A stretch of DNA of 64,000 nucleotides from NCBI RefSeq assembly GCF_006345805.1, contig NC_043012.1:53878001-53942000 (forward strand). The letters run 5' to 3'. The DNA comes from Octopus sinensis (lineage: Eukaryota). Numbering within the stretch: position 1 is the first letter of the stretch; each line of letters opens with the position of its first letter. The notes beneath the pieces are model-generated. The model worked only from the letters and a program-made list of their open reading frames with translations, made no database searches and was not told the DNA's origin. Both the position numbers and the translations under genes were made by a program. This document shows positions 26,881 through 40,227 of the stretch, piece after piece.

Positions 26881-28560
26881 ACGTACGCACACACACACGC
26901 ACATGTTATTTCTTTGTATATTCAAGCAGTAAAGCTACTTGGTCTAATTAAATAATACAATTGCTGTGTAACTACTATAGTAATACGGTTCTCCTGTATG
27001 TAGCAATATGGTTCTTCTGTATCTACGTATCTCTTATACTGCTACTGTAGCAATAGTTTCAATATAATTCTTTTTACAATTGCTAAGTATATACTGTACC
27101 AATGCAGTATTGATCTTTTTGTATCGATACAATTATACGTCTACGCATTTATCGTATCAATATAATTGATCTTTGTTCATTTGGGTCGCCACAATTATTT
27201 ACCTGCTCTGTTATGCCCACGGTATAATTTTAAGGTCAATTGCAGAAGGTTATTACAATTCCTATGTGTTTATTTTGAAAATACTGACAGGGTCTGGAAA
27301 TGTCTTTTTGCTGGGAAATAATAATCAGTTCAATAAAAGCAGTTGTAACTCCTACACAGTTGGCAATTATTTATAAATAAAATGTAAAATCTTAAATTGT
27401 GTTACCACCCCGTAGACATCTTCTGTCGGACTCGCACATGCCATAAAAACATACTTACAAACAAATAGTAGGAATTTAAATGGAAAGATATTTCTTAATC
27501 AAGGATATCACAGCGGTAGAGTATCTGCTAGATAAGATCAGACCCAGTATTGAATGTGTAGTAGTGATGACCGGCAGTATGCTAGGTGCCATTGAAAAGG
27601 AACTTAGTTATGTTTTGTTATATCAAGGGGTGGGGTGTATTATACCAGTAACAAACACATGCTCCGTTTCTACTTCACTTCTTTATTTGTCAATTTGTTA
27701 GCAGACCTGGAGTAGAGTGGACATGCCACCGATGAGGACAAGAATATTGTGGAAAGGACATTGGAAAATTCAGGCTCATTGATTGGCCGAAAGATTAATC
27801 AAACGATTAGTTGGTTGGTTAAATCATTGACCAATTGACAAATAAAAATATAGAAGTGGAATAGAACCAGTGCGTATGTTTATTATTGGCATAATGGCCC
27901 TCCCAAAGTACAGCAAAATCTGTCTCAGCGCTCGAGTTTACAACAAGAATCTTGAAAAATCAATATAAAAACGAAACCTTGTTATACTTTCGCATAAAAA
28001 TTGTTGATATGCACAATTCTTTTCTCTCTGAACATATTTGTAAATATGTCCAGCATGTGTAGCATGTTGCTTTTGCTATGATCGAAGACATACCTGCAGT
28101 TTGTATCCTTCCAATACCATAGAACTCATAGACTTGGTCAATTCTCTAGTTTCACCATTCTGTATAACCTGCAGTAGTTATAAGTAGAGGTGATGAATAA
28201 TTGTCCAAGAATTTGCTTAAGTGTGTAATTCCGAGCTCAAGTCCTTACTCCTATCATTTATGTCTTCTTTTAACCTTCTTGCAACAACCGGTTTGATTAT
28301 CGATAGACTCAAGCGATAAAGCTAAATGGATTTGAGGTCAATTCATCGGTCGGATGAAACAAACGTTTTGAAGTGTAACAGCTTCTCAGGGATCGTCTTT
28401 CACTAGATATAATATAAAACTATGATATATATATATATATATAGTTTTACATACTGTGTGGTGCGGACAGTTTAGCTTAATGGTTCAGAGCATCGCAACG
28501 CGTGATGACTGAGGTGTGAGTTCAAGTCTCATCGCCGGCTGCCAACACTTTTTAATTATA

Positions 28561-29110
28561 AGCGTAGGAGTGGCTGTGTGGTAAGTAGCTTGCTTACCAA
28601 CCACATGGTTCTGAGTTCAGTCTCACTGCGTGGCACCTTGGGCAAGTGTCTTCTACTATAGCCTCGACTGACCAAAGCCTTGTGAGTGGATTTGGTAGAC
28701 GGAAACAAAAAGAATCCCGTCGTATATATGTGTGTATATATATATATATATTTAAAAATTGAGGGAGATAAATTAGTATTAATTTTAATATCAATTTAAA
28801 ACCAGTAGTCCAGCATTCAAAAAATCTGAGGAGTCAGAGAAAATTCAAATATATATATATATATATATATATGTATATGTATGTATATGTATGTATATGT
28901 GTGTATATGTTGTGTATCTGTGTTTGTCCCCCAACATCGCTTGACAACCGATGCTGGTGTGCTTACATCCCCGTAACTTAGCGGTTCGGTAAAAGACACC
29001 GATAGAGTAAGTACTAGGCTTACAAAGAATAAGTCCTGGGTCGATTTGCTCGACTAAAGGCGGTGCTCCAGCATGGCCGCAGTCAAATGACTTAAACAAG
29101 TAAAAGAGTA
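28561..29110 (+). mobile_element. SINE family A
   Basis: Head GGAGTGGCTGTGTGGTAAG, CCTTGGGCAAG segment, internal (TA)n and tail ending GAAACAAGTAAAAGAGT-like. Confidence 0.88.
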
Positions 29111-30107
29111 TACTAATAAAGTATTTTAGGCGCTTTATCCTTTCTTTTCTACATTCACTCATCAATTTCACTCTCAACAGAAAAAAAAACTTTGGTCTTT
29201 TTGGCTACGCATACCAAAACATTGTGTGTCTAGGTAGTAAGTAGGAAGCAAAGGATTAATACTTTGCAGAATAAAAGCTACATCTCTTTGCATTGTTAGT
29301 TCAAACTCTGACGAAGTCATCCTAACAGAATTTGTAAACTCTGAATCAAATATTTAGATTAGGGAAATCTGTGTGTTGCCAGTAACAGCTCATTCAATAC
29401 GAGTTATGACATAGTCGGATTCTTGGCGACTAAACTGGCCCCCATCACGCACACACACACACACACACACACAGCCTGGCTAGCCTGATGAAAGGGATGG
29501 CAAGAAATCCAGCAAGAAAAAAACATAACCTATAAAAAGAACGGATTTACTCGTCAAAGGGTCAACCACTATCTATAAATCGTATGAAGAGAAATCCCAC
29601 CCACCCCTCAAAATCCAGTATGCGTCTGGTCTGGTTACTAAGTACCCAACCGTAGGATCTGCATCACTAAGTACCCCACCGTAAACAAACTATGTGGCCT
29701 ACTGCATCGCTAAACTTTGTCTGATTCTTCTAGTTTCATAATATCCTGGTAATTAAAAATACGTGACGTGATACGACAGAGGACCCGATATGGGGTCGCC
29801 AGAGCTTTTTTTTGTGACAATCTCAGAGAAAGCCAAATAAATATGCAAGATGTAAGTCGAAACAGTTATAGACAAGCGCTGGGATCAAATAAACGAATTA
29901 TTTCCTCTCCACGAAATATACGACCTTGTGTCTAAGTAAGAAAAATTACAATCTTCAGGGAGGCTGGTGATGAACATTTTAGTCCCTTTTTTGTTGTTGT
30001 TGATTTTGTTATAAGATCTATCAAAGTTGAATTTTGTGATTAATCTTTTACAATAATTGTGCCATAATTAAGACATAAATTATTAGGGTTTTGTGTACTT
30101 TTTTCAG

Positions 30108-30280
30108 CATCAAAACCCAGATGTACCGGATGTCTATTCATTTCATGTGAAATCAGATATAAGATTCCGCTTTGCCACCACTGAAATAACTAGTTTGGTG
30201 GTGAACAACAAAACCTACTCCAGGAAAGCAACATTCAATGTCATCCTACCGGAAGAGGCATTTATTTCCAATTTTTCTAT
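30108..30280 (+). CDS. ITIH: ITIH-like protein, exon encoding most of the VIT domain
   Basis: Reads HQNPDVPDVYSFHVKSDIRFRFATTEITSLVVNNKTYSRKATFNVILPEEAFISNFSM, matching the VIT pattern (V.S.I..RFA.T..TS.V.N......F...LP..AFISNF.M). Polypyrimidine tract plus AG at 30106-07, with an alternative AG at 30119-20. Donor GTAAGT at 30281, phase 2. Paralog not assignable. Confidence 0.92.
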
Positions 30281-30769
30281 GTAAGTTCTGTTCCTTATCT
30301 GTATATAAACTCTCCCCCTTCCCTCCCTCTCTTCATCTCAACATCGCCTCCTCTCCCTCCTACTCTCTCCCTTCATATATATCCCCTTTTCTCTAACATT
30401 CTATCTATATCGCCCCCCGTGTCTTTCTCTCTCCCTGTGTGATTCTATCAATTCTTCTCTTATCTCTGTACGCTTCTGTATTTTATTTTGATATCTACCC
30501 CACCCCCCACCAGTACATGCTTTCGCCGACATGTTAAATCGCTACCAATGAAAAGCAAAAAAAAAAAAGAAAAGAAAATCAAAAGGCAGAAACGAAATAT
30601 ATGTTATGTTAAATAAATATCTTTATTCCACTTTTGGTACTTCCCATTTATAGCAATTAACTTCTGTTAGTGGTATACGTCTCACTACGTAACAAATACA
30701 TAGATTCTAGTCTGCGAATATATATGCATGCACGTGTACATGGATGTATACATTTATACAGATAACATG

Positions 30770-30818
<49 letters not shown>

Positions 30819-31234
30819 ATAATATATATATATATAAATATGTATGTGTGTATATATATATATATAATATATATATATATAAATATGTATGTGTATATAT
30901 ATATATATATATAAATATGTATGTGTGTATATATATATATACATACACACACACATGTATATCAATATATATATATATAGAGAGAGAGAGAGATGTGTGT
31001 GTGTGCGGGAGGGAGGGAGAGAGAGAGAGAGAGTGTTCTTGCTTTGTTAAGAAAACTAAACAGAAAATGAACAGCTTCATTCTCACAAAATTTCAAGTTT
31101 CATGCTACAAAAACAAGGATGTATAACCGGATACAGGCAAATATCACTGTTCTAACGTTATCATAGTCACCTACTTCTAAAATTAATTTGCATATATAAA
31201 ACCTTCCAAAATACACACACACATACACACACAG

Positions 31235-31272
<38 letters not shown>

Positions 31273-32403
31273 TAATCGAGGTATAAAATATAATATATCC
31301 ATTACGGCTAATCTTACCAATCGGTTTCGCACAAGGTTCGCCGGAGTGTTCGTCAACGGTCCGATTATGAAACTCCGCGCTCTTTACAGATGTTTGTTAC
31401 ACACACATATATAAATATATATATCCATGTATGTATGCACAACTACATTTAATACGTTTGTGCACACGCGAACATGGGAAGACATTTGGTTGCGGAAATT
31501 ATTTCGAGATAAGACACACATCATACATAATGGTACCTCGTTCTACTTCAACAAATTCATTGCGTGCTGCTCCTATATATATATATGTCCTATGGGGCTC
31601 TGAAAGGCTATTCGGTATTCGTGGCTGAAACACGTAACAACGCAGAAGCACCAAAGTCCCACGAATTTAAACTCACGGTGTCAATGAGGCATTCATTTCG
31701 AGACACGATTTCTTCAGCGCAAGCTCATCTCACATCCGAATATACTCAAACGTATTTATTATCATTGTACGTACATATATTTTACTCAACGCTGCTTCGT
31801 GTGATTATATATATATATATAAATGTAACAAAAACGCCGTAGGGGACATTCATACATTCCGACAAATAGACGATATAAAGACGGACAATGGAAACATCAA
31901 TTAGAAGGACAGGCAAAAAAAGACGGGCCATTCGTGGTTTTCTTTCCTCAGTCAAGTTCCAGAAGTCACGATGATTTCGGACAGTTACCCTTGAGATGGT
32001 TTGATCTGGTTGCCCCTCACCCCCAAAAAATTCAAGCTATGAGCATTAGACTCCTTTGAAAAGAAAGCTAGCGAATGTATATGTATATAAATATATATAT
32101 ATATTGGTTCCAACTACTAGCACTCTGATTTCAAATAATTTCGCCCGGTCAACTTTACCTTGAATTTTTTCGGATCTTTAAAGAAAGCACTAATCCAGCT
32201 TTGGCCAAATAAGCTGCAGCATCTTTTCCGGTTCCTAGCGTTGAAATCTGGTCATGACATATTCGAGTTGTTGGCTTAATCCGTTGCGTGTGTTTCGGCA
32301 GAGACCAGTTTGTTGCAATCTTTCAATCCTGGTATCCGGTTTGAGGATAACTTCTTCCCTTGATATCTCTTCCCCATCAGGCTCGTCGGTCATGGGCACT
32401 TTT

Positions 32404-32840
32404 GGATCTTTTCGGTTTGAACGGCAGTTTTTTCTAGCGGTGTCATATGAAATTGACACCCATAATTATGACCCTAGTATCGATCTATTGCATTTCAATC
32501 TCTTTTAGGGTTAGGGTTAGTTAGGGTTAGTGTTAGGGGTGGGAGGAAGGCTATCTTTTTTTCTTCACAAATGTAAATAAACCCAATCTGTTTCTTAAAC
32601 GAGAGACATATTCATACGACACAGAATGTTTTTTTTTACCTCAATAGACGTCAGTGATTGGTTGAAATTGCAGAAATTGAAGAAAAAACAACAACAAATA
32701 TCTTACAAACTATAGATTTGTCTCAATAAAGCCAAGAGAAAAAGATGTTTTATAAACACATTCTATCAGTATACGAAGTTAAACATTTTTTAGTTACCTA
32801 GAAATTATGTTAAAAACTGCCGTTCAAACCGAAAAGATCC
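32404..32840. mobile_element. MITE with about 28-bp TIRs, 8-bp TSD and internal TTAGGG repeats
   Basis: GGATCTTTTCGGTTTGAACGGCAGTTTT ... AAAACTGCCGTTCAAACCGAAAAGATCC; TSD GCACTTTT at 32396-403 and 32841-48. Confidence 0.9.
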
Positions 32841-33368
32841 GCACTTTTTGCTAAGCGCACACTCGCACATATTATTTACTCCGTCCATTCAATATCTATC
32901 ACTCCAACAGAAAATTTTGATACAGCAAATATTTCTTTCTGACCACACACACACACATAAATGCATACACACACAACTAAATCCATTCAATCAATGTCTT
33001 ACATTCCAAAAGAAAAATATATTACAGACAGTAATATCTATCTCAATTTTTACAGCATCTCATTTTCTCATTGTGCTATTGAAATGTAGTTTGTTTGGAG
33101 TTATTTTTTTACTGTATATTTTCTATATATTCAAACACAAAACCATATAAATATCACGTTATATGGCATAACTTGCAATCAAAATTGTCGTAGGTTTCTT
33201 GTCGTCGTTTTCAAGCTGTCATTCACTTAAATTCAACAATAGGTAAAATTTTATAAGTGTTATTTGTTTTGTGACCACATGCTAATGCTAAAAAAGAAGT
33301 ATATGATTATTCAGATACATATGTGAGTCTGATTGTGTAGATAGAGAGATAGACAGATACACACACAC

Positions 33369-33399
<31 letters not shown>

Positions 33400-33426
33400 A
33401 TATATATTATATATATATATATATAC

Positions 33427-33667
33427 ACAAGGAAAAAGCAACAAGAATGGATTAGTTGTTCAGTACAATTGTTTCATACGAAGAACAGCTTTATTAAAAG
33501 CTGCAAATATTGCAGCAAATACAAGTGTCCCGTATTCATCAGCCAAAACACATATGAGTTTTCCAAACATCCTAGGGAGTGCAGCTTTTGCAGCTTTTAA
33601 TAAAGCTGTTCTTCGTATGAAACAATTGTACTGAACAACTAATCCATTCTTGTTGCTTTTTTCTTGT
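33427..33667. repeat. 81-bp inverted repeat with 79-bp spacer
   Basis: Arms 33427-33507 and 33587-33667 with one mismatch seen; overlaps the minus-strand HHR. Confidence 0.95.
33457..33550 (-). ncRNA. Type I hammerhead ribozyme, intronic, antisense to ITIH-like gene
   Basis: Minus strand: TGTTTTGG-CTGATGA (33542-36), stem II ATACG/CGTAT with inserted hairpins, GAAAC-AATT-GTA, then CTGAACA pairing as stem I (G-U pairs and one bulge). Confidence 0.75.
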
Positions 33668-34091
33668 TTATAATCACCCCACATTATTTTATGGTTAATA
33701 CCATATAGATTTCTGGTGCATCTAATTTAAGTACCGCATTCATGTGAATTCATTGAATCTCACTTGAATCTTAATTGTTTTTACTGAAATATATATATAT
33801 ATATACAGAGAGAGACAGACAGACAGACAGACAGAGAGGGAGATAGACAGACAGACAGATTTTTCATCTGATCCTTTCATTATTCATTTATACCGACAAA
33901 TACAGTTTGTGATATCTAAGATGGCTTGTGTGAGTGCGTATACAGAGGAGGCGCATTTTTCCCGATATTTCGTTGAAATACCAAACCATGCGGAAAATAT
34001 GTCTCTTTTGCCATTGCTAATAGGTAAATTGGGCATGTAGAACACGTATATGACTGGTATAAATAAGTAATGTTTTGGAGATGTAGAGACT

Positions 34092-34450
34092 CGTGGCTTG
34101 CTGGTTAGAGTGTTAGATCCATGATCTTAAGATTGTGGTTTTGATTCCTGGACCGAGCGATTTTTGTGTTCTTGACCAAAATATTTCATTTAACGTTGTT
34201 CCACTCCACACAAGTGACAAAAATAAGTATTCTTGCGCTGGACTGGCGTTCCGTCCATTAGAGAATATCGAGCGTGGCACTCCATCGGTTGCGACGCCGA
34301 GGGTTCCAGTTGATCCGAACAACGGAACAGCCTGCTGGTGAAATTAACGTGCAAGTGGCTGAGCATTCCATAGACATGTGTACCCTTAATATAGTTCTCA
34401 GGGAGATTCAGCATGACACAGAGTGTGACAAGGCTGGCCCTTTCAAATAC
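34092..34450 (+). mobile_element. SINE related to family D with a different 3' body
   Basis: Decayed tRNA-like head, similar central segment, distinct tail. Confidence 0.6.
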
Positions 34451-34454
34451 AGGT

Positions 34455-34650
34455 ACAAGAGAAACAGGAAAAGTGAGAGAAAGTTGTGGCGAAAGAGTAC
34501 AGCAGGGTTGGTCACCATCCCGTGCCGGAGCCTCGTGGAGCTTTAGGTGTTTTCGCTCAATAAACATTCAGAACGCCTAGTCTGGGAATCGAAACTGCGA
34601 ACCTACGACCACGAGTCCGCTGCCCTAACCACTGGGCCATTGCGCCTCCA
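34455..34650 (-). mobile_element. SINE family B, partial
   Basis: Reverse head and body. Confidence 0.8.
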
Positions 34651-35409
34651 CAGTATGGAATATATACATCACTGAAACCTATTCTATGAATCTACATGAT
34701 TTGGAAAGGAGCTATAACCTTTGTTATAACACACACACACACGCACGCACGCACGCACAGATATAGTTGAAAAGGGTCGGGATTCCATACAAATAAAAAA
34801 AATTATACTTAAAAAGTAAATGAAGTTGGAAAAGACACAGATGTATATTTTAGAGAATGTTAAATATTTTTGTTACAATGAGTGATTTAAAATATTACCG
34901 GTTTCGATGTATACATCTTATTAAATAGAATTTTTTTAGGAAGTCAAGAAAAACATTGGGGGTTAACAATTTGTACCCATGTTTTAATGGATAGTGAGAT
35001 TTTACTTTAGTGTCACTCCTTATGTGTGTTTGATCTATGTACTTTTGGGGGTGGGGTTCAAGAGTTCAAGTTTCAGGAATTCTATTAAAAATAATTCTTT
35101 TGAATTGAATAGGTGACTTCTATTCGTGGTATGACCAGCTGTGTGTGTGTGCGCGTGTATGTGTTAGGGTGGAATATATTCTATTCTACTCTAGGCACTG
35201 GGAAAGGGCCCAGTTGATTAGATCGATCCTAGTATGCAACTGGTTCTTAATTTACCCACCCCGGAAGCATGACAGGCAAAGTCGACCTCGGCAGAATTTG
35301 TGTGTGGGATATAGTGTCAAAGCAATTTTTTTTCTATTTAGAGAATATTGACAGTGGTTAAGGATGGCCATTCAAAAATTTAGAAGGAATCACTTTTCAT
35401 TTGCTTTGT

Positions 35410-35469
<60 letters not shown>

Positions 35470-36074
35470 TGCGTGCGTGCGTGGATAGAGAGAGAGAGAT
35501 TTAGATGGAAGAGCCACGCTAACAAAACAGGTAAAGAGACACAATACTAACAGCGTATCTTTACCCTTTGAACGCAGATCGAGAAATTATTTTTTTTTAA
35601 CTAAACACTTTCAAACTTCGGAAACTGGTAGAATGCGTCAGATAAAATATTTTTTGCCGTTAATGTTGTTGAGAAAAGTTTGTATTTTCAAAGTTATTTC
35701 GTGTTAAAGTTGTTGTATTTCGGTAATTTCAACCAATGACGTGTATTCAGCTGAATAAAAGTTGTTGGTTGTCAACAACAACTTCCGGCGATGTATATTT
35801 CGTTTGTCACTGTTATTTATGACATATTTCATTTCAGTTACGTTCGTATGAATAAATGAGTGTATCTGAAGCATGTTTACTTCATGGCACCACCATAATC
35901 GTTCGTGCATTTCTACTGCTTTTAGGTTTTTTTACCTGTTTTTCAGCTACTATTTTCAGAAAGACTTCCCCCCCTTAGCCTTCCCCCTCCAATTTCTTCA
36001 TTTTTCACTTTTTTCCGTGACTCTAACCCTAAAATCCTAACCCTAACACTAACGCTAAAATTCTCTTACCTCTG

Positions 36075-36335
36075 CAAGTAGGCTTATACCTTAGCAATAT
36101 TTGGTGAAAGTAATGTTGTCACGCTCAACATCAGTGAAGCCTTCAGCCGTGTCTGACATGCGAACCTCTTACTCAAACTTTGTACTTTGGGTTCCATCCA
36201 CTTTCCAAATCGTAGTTCGAAAGCTTCTTACCATCTGATTGCACTGTTACCACATCTGTTTAAGGAGCTGGTGCGCCTCGGACTGGTGTTTGCCACGCAA
36301 TCCCCACTTCTCTGTATCAATGGCATACTTGTTTC
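36075..36335 (+). mobile_element. Decayed LINE reverse transcriptase fragment
   Basis: FGESNVVTLNISEAFSRV*HANLLLKL resembles the RT motif .VALDISKAFDRVWH..L..KL. Confidence 0.6.
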
Positions 36336-36789
36336 CTAATCCCGCAAGAATCTATGCATTTGTTTGTTTTATTCTAAAAATCAGTGTTGTTTAAGCTGTG
36401 TCACTTAATGTCCCGTGTGTAGTGGACGAACAAATGGTTAACGATAAAATATGGGCCCCATTAAAATAAATTGTGCGACTCAAATTATCAACATAGCCTT
36501 TATAGACGTTGCCCCTGTATGTCCACGGTCAAATGACTGATACCAAAACAGAATAAATATATATATAAATGAGAAAATCGTCTCTGCTATAAACAGAAGA
36601 CATGAAATTTTGAAGGAGAACCAGTGCTCAAATTGTATTTTATCAATTCTGAAGGGATGAAAGGTAACGTCGACCTCGGTGGAGTTTGAACTCAGAACGT
36701 AATGCATTTTTATCCGTGATCTTTTTTTAAAAAATATCTATATCCGCCTACGTATTACAGAAAATTAAACCTTCATTTAGTCTGTTACC

Positions 36790-37190
36790 TTTGTTAGTTG
36801 TTTCAGTAATTTGATTGCGGCCATGCTGGAGCACCGCCTTTAGTCGAGCAAATCAACCCCGAGACTTATTCTTTGTAAGCCCAGTACTTATTCTATCGGT
36901 CTCTTTTTGCCGATCCGCTAAGTGACGGGGACGTAAAAACACCAGCATCGGTTGTCAAGCAATGCTAGGGGGACAAACACAGACACACAAACACACACAC
37001 ACATATATATATATATATACATATATACGACAGGCTTCTTTCAGTTTCCGTCTACCAAATCCACTCACAAGGCATTGGTCGGCCCGGGGCTATAGCAGAA
37101 GACACTTGCCCAAGATGCCACGTAGTGGGACTGAACCCGGAACCATGTGGTTGGTTAGCAAACTACTTACCACACAGTCACTCCTGCGCC
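36790..37190 (-). mobile_element. SINE family A
   Basis: Full reverse copy. Confidence 0.88.
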
Positions 37191-37587
37191 TGTTGCATTA
37201 TATTGTTTTACTTTATTTTTGTTTTCCTCACTATTGTATCTTACCCTGTTTTACTTCATTTTATTTTAATTGTATTCTGTTTCATCTCAACTTCCTCCCA
37301 ACAAACGGTGTTACCCTGTAATCTTACTAAGCTAAGAAATCTGTACGGCGTGCTAACGTTTTTGCCAGCTCGCAGCCTTAAAATAAATTAATATAGAAAG
37401 CAAAATACGCAGAGAGAAAAACACAGTCAAATGAAATGCCAAGCCAGGTCAATGGAAATATAGAGAATGTCATTATGAATATTTACTCAGCTTCCATATA
37501 AAAATTATATTATTCTATTACGGTTTATACATTTGTATCTAATATCGTTTATTTTTATTTTTGCTTTTGTTTCCTTTTTTTTTATAG

Positions 37588-37689
37588 GGTGATCGATGGC
37601 AAGGAATACCCAGGCCATATCCAGCAAATGAATCAAACTGATCATGAAACAGATGAGGAAGATAAAAAATTCAACAGTCGAGAACAGTT
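37588..37689 (+). CDS. ITIH: ITIH-like protein, VIT C-terminal exon (102 nt, phase 2-2)
   Basis: Acceptor tttttatag at 37586-87 and donor GTGAGT at 37690. AT|G joins in frame to give M-VIDGKEYPGHIQQMNQTDHETDEEDKKFNSREQ, like ITIH FSMTIDG..YPG. Not in the ORF track. Confidence 0.85.
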
Positions 37690-38924
37690 GTGAGTGGCAA
37701 TAAAATTAATCATTTTCTATTCTTCAATAAAACCTTTCGTTTTTCATGCAATCATTATTCAATTTGCTTAAGTGGTACCGACTTCTTAATAAACATTTTA
37801 TATATATGAATGCTGTGTATATGTGTTTGTGTGTGGGCGTATGTGTGAGTATGTGCAAATATGCAGGTATGTATAAATTTGTAGGTATTTGTATATATGT
37901 ATATGTTTCTATGTACATATAGGTATATAAATATGACAATATATATAGATATGTGTATATTGTAAATTTATGTACACATACAAGTACATATATGTATATA
38001 TTTATATGTATTGGAAGGTTTGGATATGATGTACAGGTATTTTATATTAGAAGAAATGAGGTACTCAGAAATTCGGATGGTTTTATATTTACAGATATTT
38101 ATTTGTATATTACATGTTTTTATGCATCATATAACTTAGATCATATATTAGCGCTTTCTCACATTCTTGTGGGGTTTTCAAATCGAACTAAGTTCCTGTG
38201 AAAAAGTTTGGACCATTTTATAGTGTTATTGAGTGTGTAGTGGTGGCGAGGGATATAAGATAGTACAAGAGGGTGATGAATAGGGAGAAAGTGAGAGAGA
38301 GAGAGAGCATGTGTGTGTGTTTTTGTATTTGGAAGAAGTGTTAAAGGAGTGTTATTTATATGTAAATACGTATATACTTATATTCGATATACAGTGTGGT
38401 GCAAAAGTAGGTATAGAGTTATGAATAAACAAAACACGTACAGTATTCATTTATTTTTATCAAAAGATTAAGAGTTACGATTAAAGTATTATTATACTCA
38501 TAATAAATGTATTATTATGATTAACGACACTGAAAATACCAAAAATGGGGCTAACTAATTTGATATGATAATTTTAATGAATTAAGATTTGTAACATTGA
38601 TGCGACACTTACTATATATTTACTTTTACACATCATGTACGATATATATGATATGAACACACACATATGAGTGCAGTGTTGGCTATAAATTTGGCATATT
38701 CTCTTCACGAGCGTAGGATTGCTCACAGTTTAAAGCGGCATGTACAATATTAGCGGGTTGATCAAAGGCTTCTAATTGAAATTTTATTGAAGGAAATCGA
38801 TATGGAAGACAATTCTAAATGAGTCCAAAATCAAAAATGTAGAAAAGAGGTCAAACTGTTTACTCCACGGGTTTTATCTCTACAATGACAGAAAAATAGA
38901 TAGAAATTTTTTTTTTTTTTTACT

Positions 38925-39095
38925 TTAGGTACAAGGCCCGAAATCTTAGGGGAGAGGGTCAATCGATTAAATCGACCCAGTACGCAACTGGTATTTAATT
39001 GATCGACCCCAAAATGATGAAAGGTTAGGTCGACCTCGGCGGAATCTGAACTCAGAACATAAAAACAAACGAAATACCGCTAAGCATTTCGCCCA
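38925..39095 (-). mobile_element. SINE family C
   Basis: Reverse body. Confidence 0.75.
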
Positions 39096-40084
39096 GAGAA
39101 TGAATAAAGTAAGTTTTAGCGTGTGTAACTAGCTATAAGCTACTAATTTCTCAGTGGACATAAGATGGGTGTTCGTTCTTTGATGAAGGTCGACGAAGAC
39201 TACGAACTAAATAGATCGGTTCTGACTTTTTCTATCCACAGCAAAAAAAAAGAAAAATAAGAGAAAAGAATGGTCCAGGAAAAAGGTTTTTTGAATTCAA
39301 GTTAAGGCTAAATTTACATTTTACGTATAAGTATATTCAGTGACATACCCCAACATAGTATCAGAGGCATAAGTAGAAAAATATCAAGCCAAAATCAACC
39401 TGTGGACCTATGATAGCAATGTTTCTAATGCTATGTTAAGGTAAATCACAGAGACCGTTTATATACTGGAGTGTAAGCCTATCCTAAATTTCAAGACAAA
39501 CGGAACTGACTTTTGTACACGTTACACAAGAGGTGGTCAAATTCTCCATTTCTTTACCCCTTTCCGTAAGTTTGTATATCTGTTACATCTTAAATTATCC
39601 ACTGCATGTGCTTAAATCAATATGTGCTTTTACTGTTTGTGTGTGTGTGCGTAGTCTGAACGAAAGAAGTGGAATCCAGATCTTCAGCATGGTTGGAAAG
39701 ATGCATTCTACCTACCGCTAAATGTATAATCTTCTACTAATGTTAGATAGGCATGAATGTATGTGTATGCTGTGCCTGTGTGTGCGTCAGTGTGTGCTTC
39801 GTGCTTTGTCAGAGGAGAAAACAGAACTGGTTGGGGAAAGCGAAGATAATTCATAATTTGTCAGGTGCCCTCTAGCTGATAGGATCATGCTTGGATTCTC
39901 ACTACCCGATTGCACAAACAAGTGATGGCCCACGTCGATGCTATAATAGAAAGCATTTCTTTAAATGATTTGATTACGAAGAAGGCTTCTGATAAAACAG
40001 ACAAACACACACATCCACTCGCACCTACACTCACGTTGTGACGACAAATTGACAGATTCAATGTATTAGAAATGTTCGTGACTG

Positions 40085-40127
<43 letters not shown>

Positions 40128-40187
40128 TTCATTCAATTCATTCCATTGGAGTTATTTCTTTGTATCATTTTCTTTAGCTTTCAAAAA

Positions 40188-40224
<37 letters not shown>

Positions 40225-40227
40225 GCG

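Noticed and set aside
27173-27376. Hydrophobic ORF as ITIH signal-peptide exon
   Set aside because: It starts at TTG just after an in-frame TGA, with no ATG or acceptor.
27700-28330. Protein-like snippets (SGHATDEDKNIVERTLENS; minus-strand VYEFYG)
   Set aside because: Flanked by stops, no usable splice sites, and too short to assign.
32505-32540. Telomere or chromosome fusion site
   Set aside because: Only a few degenerate TTAGGG units, inside a MITE present twice in the window.
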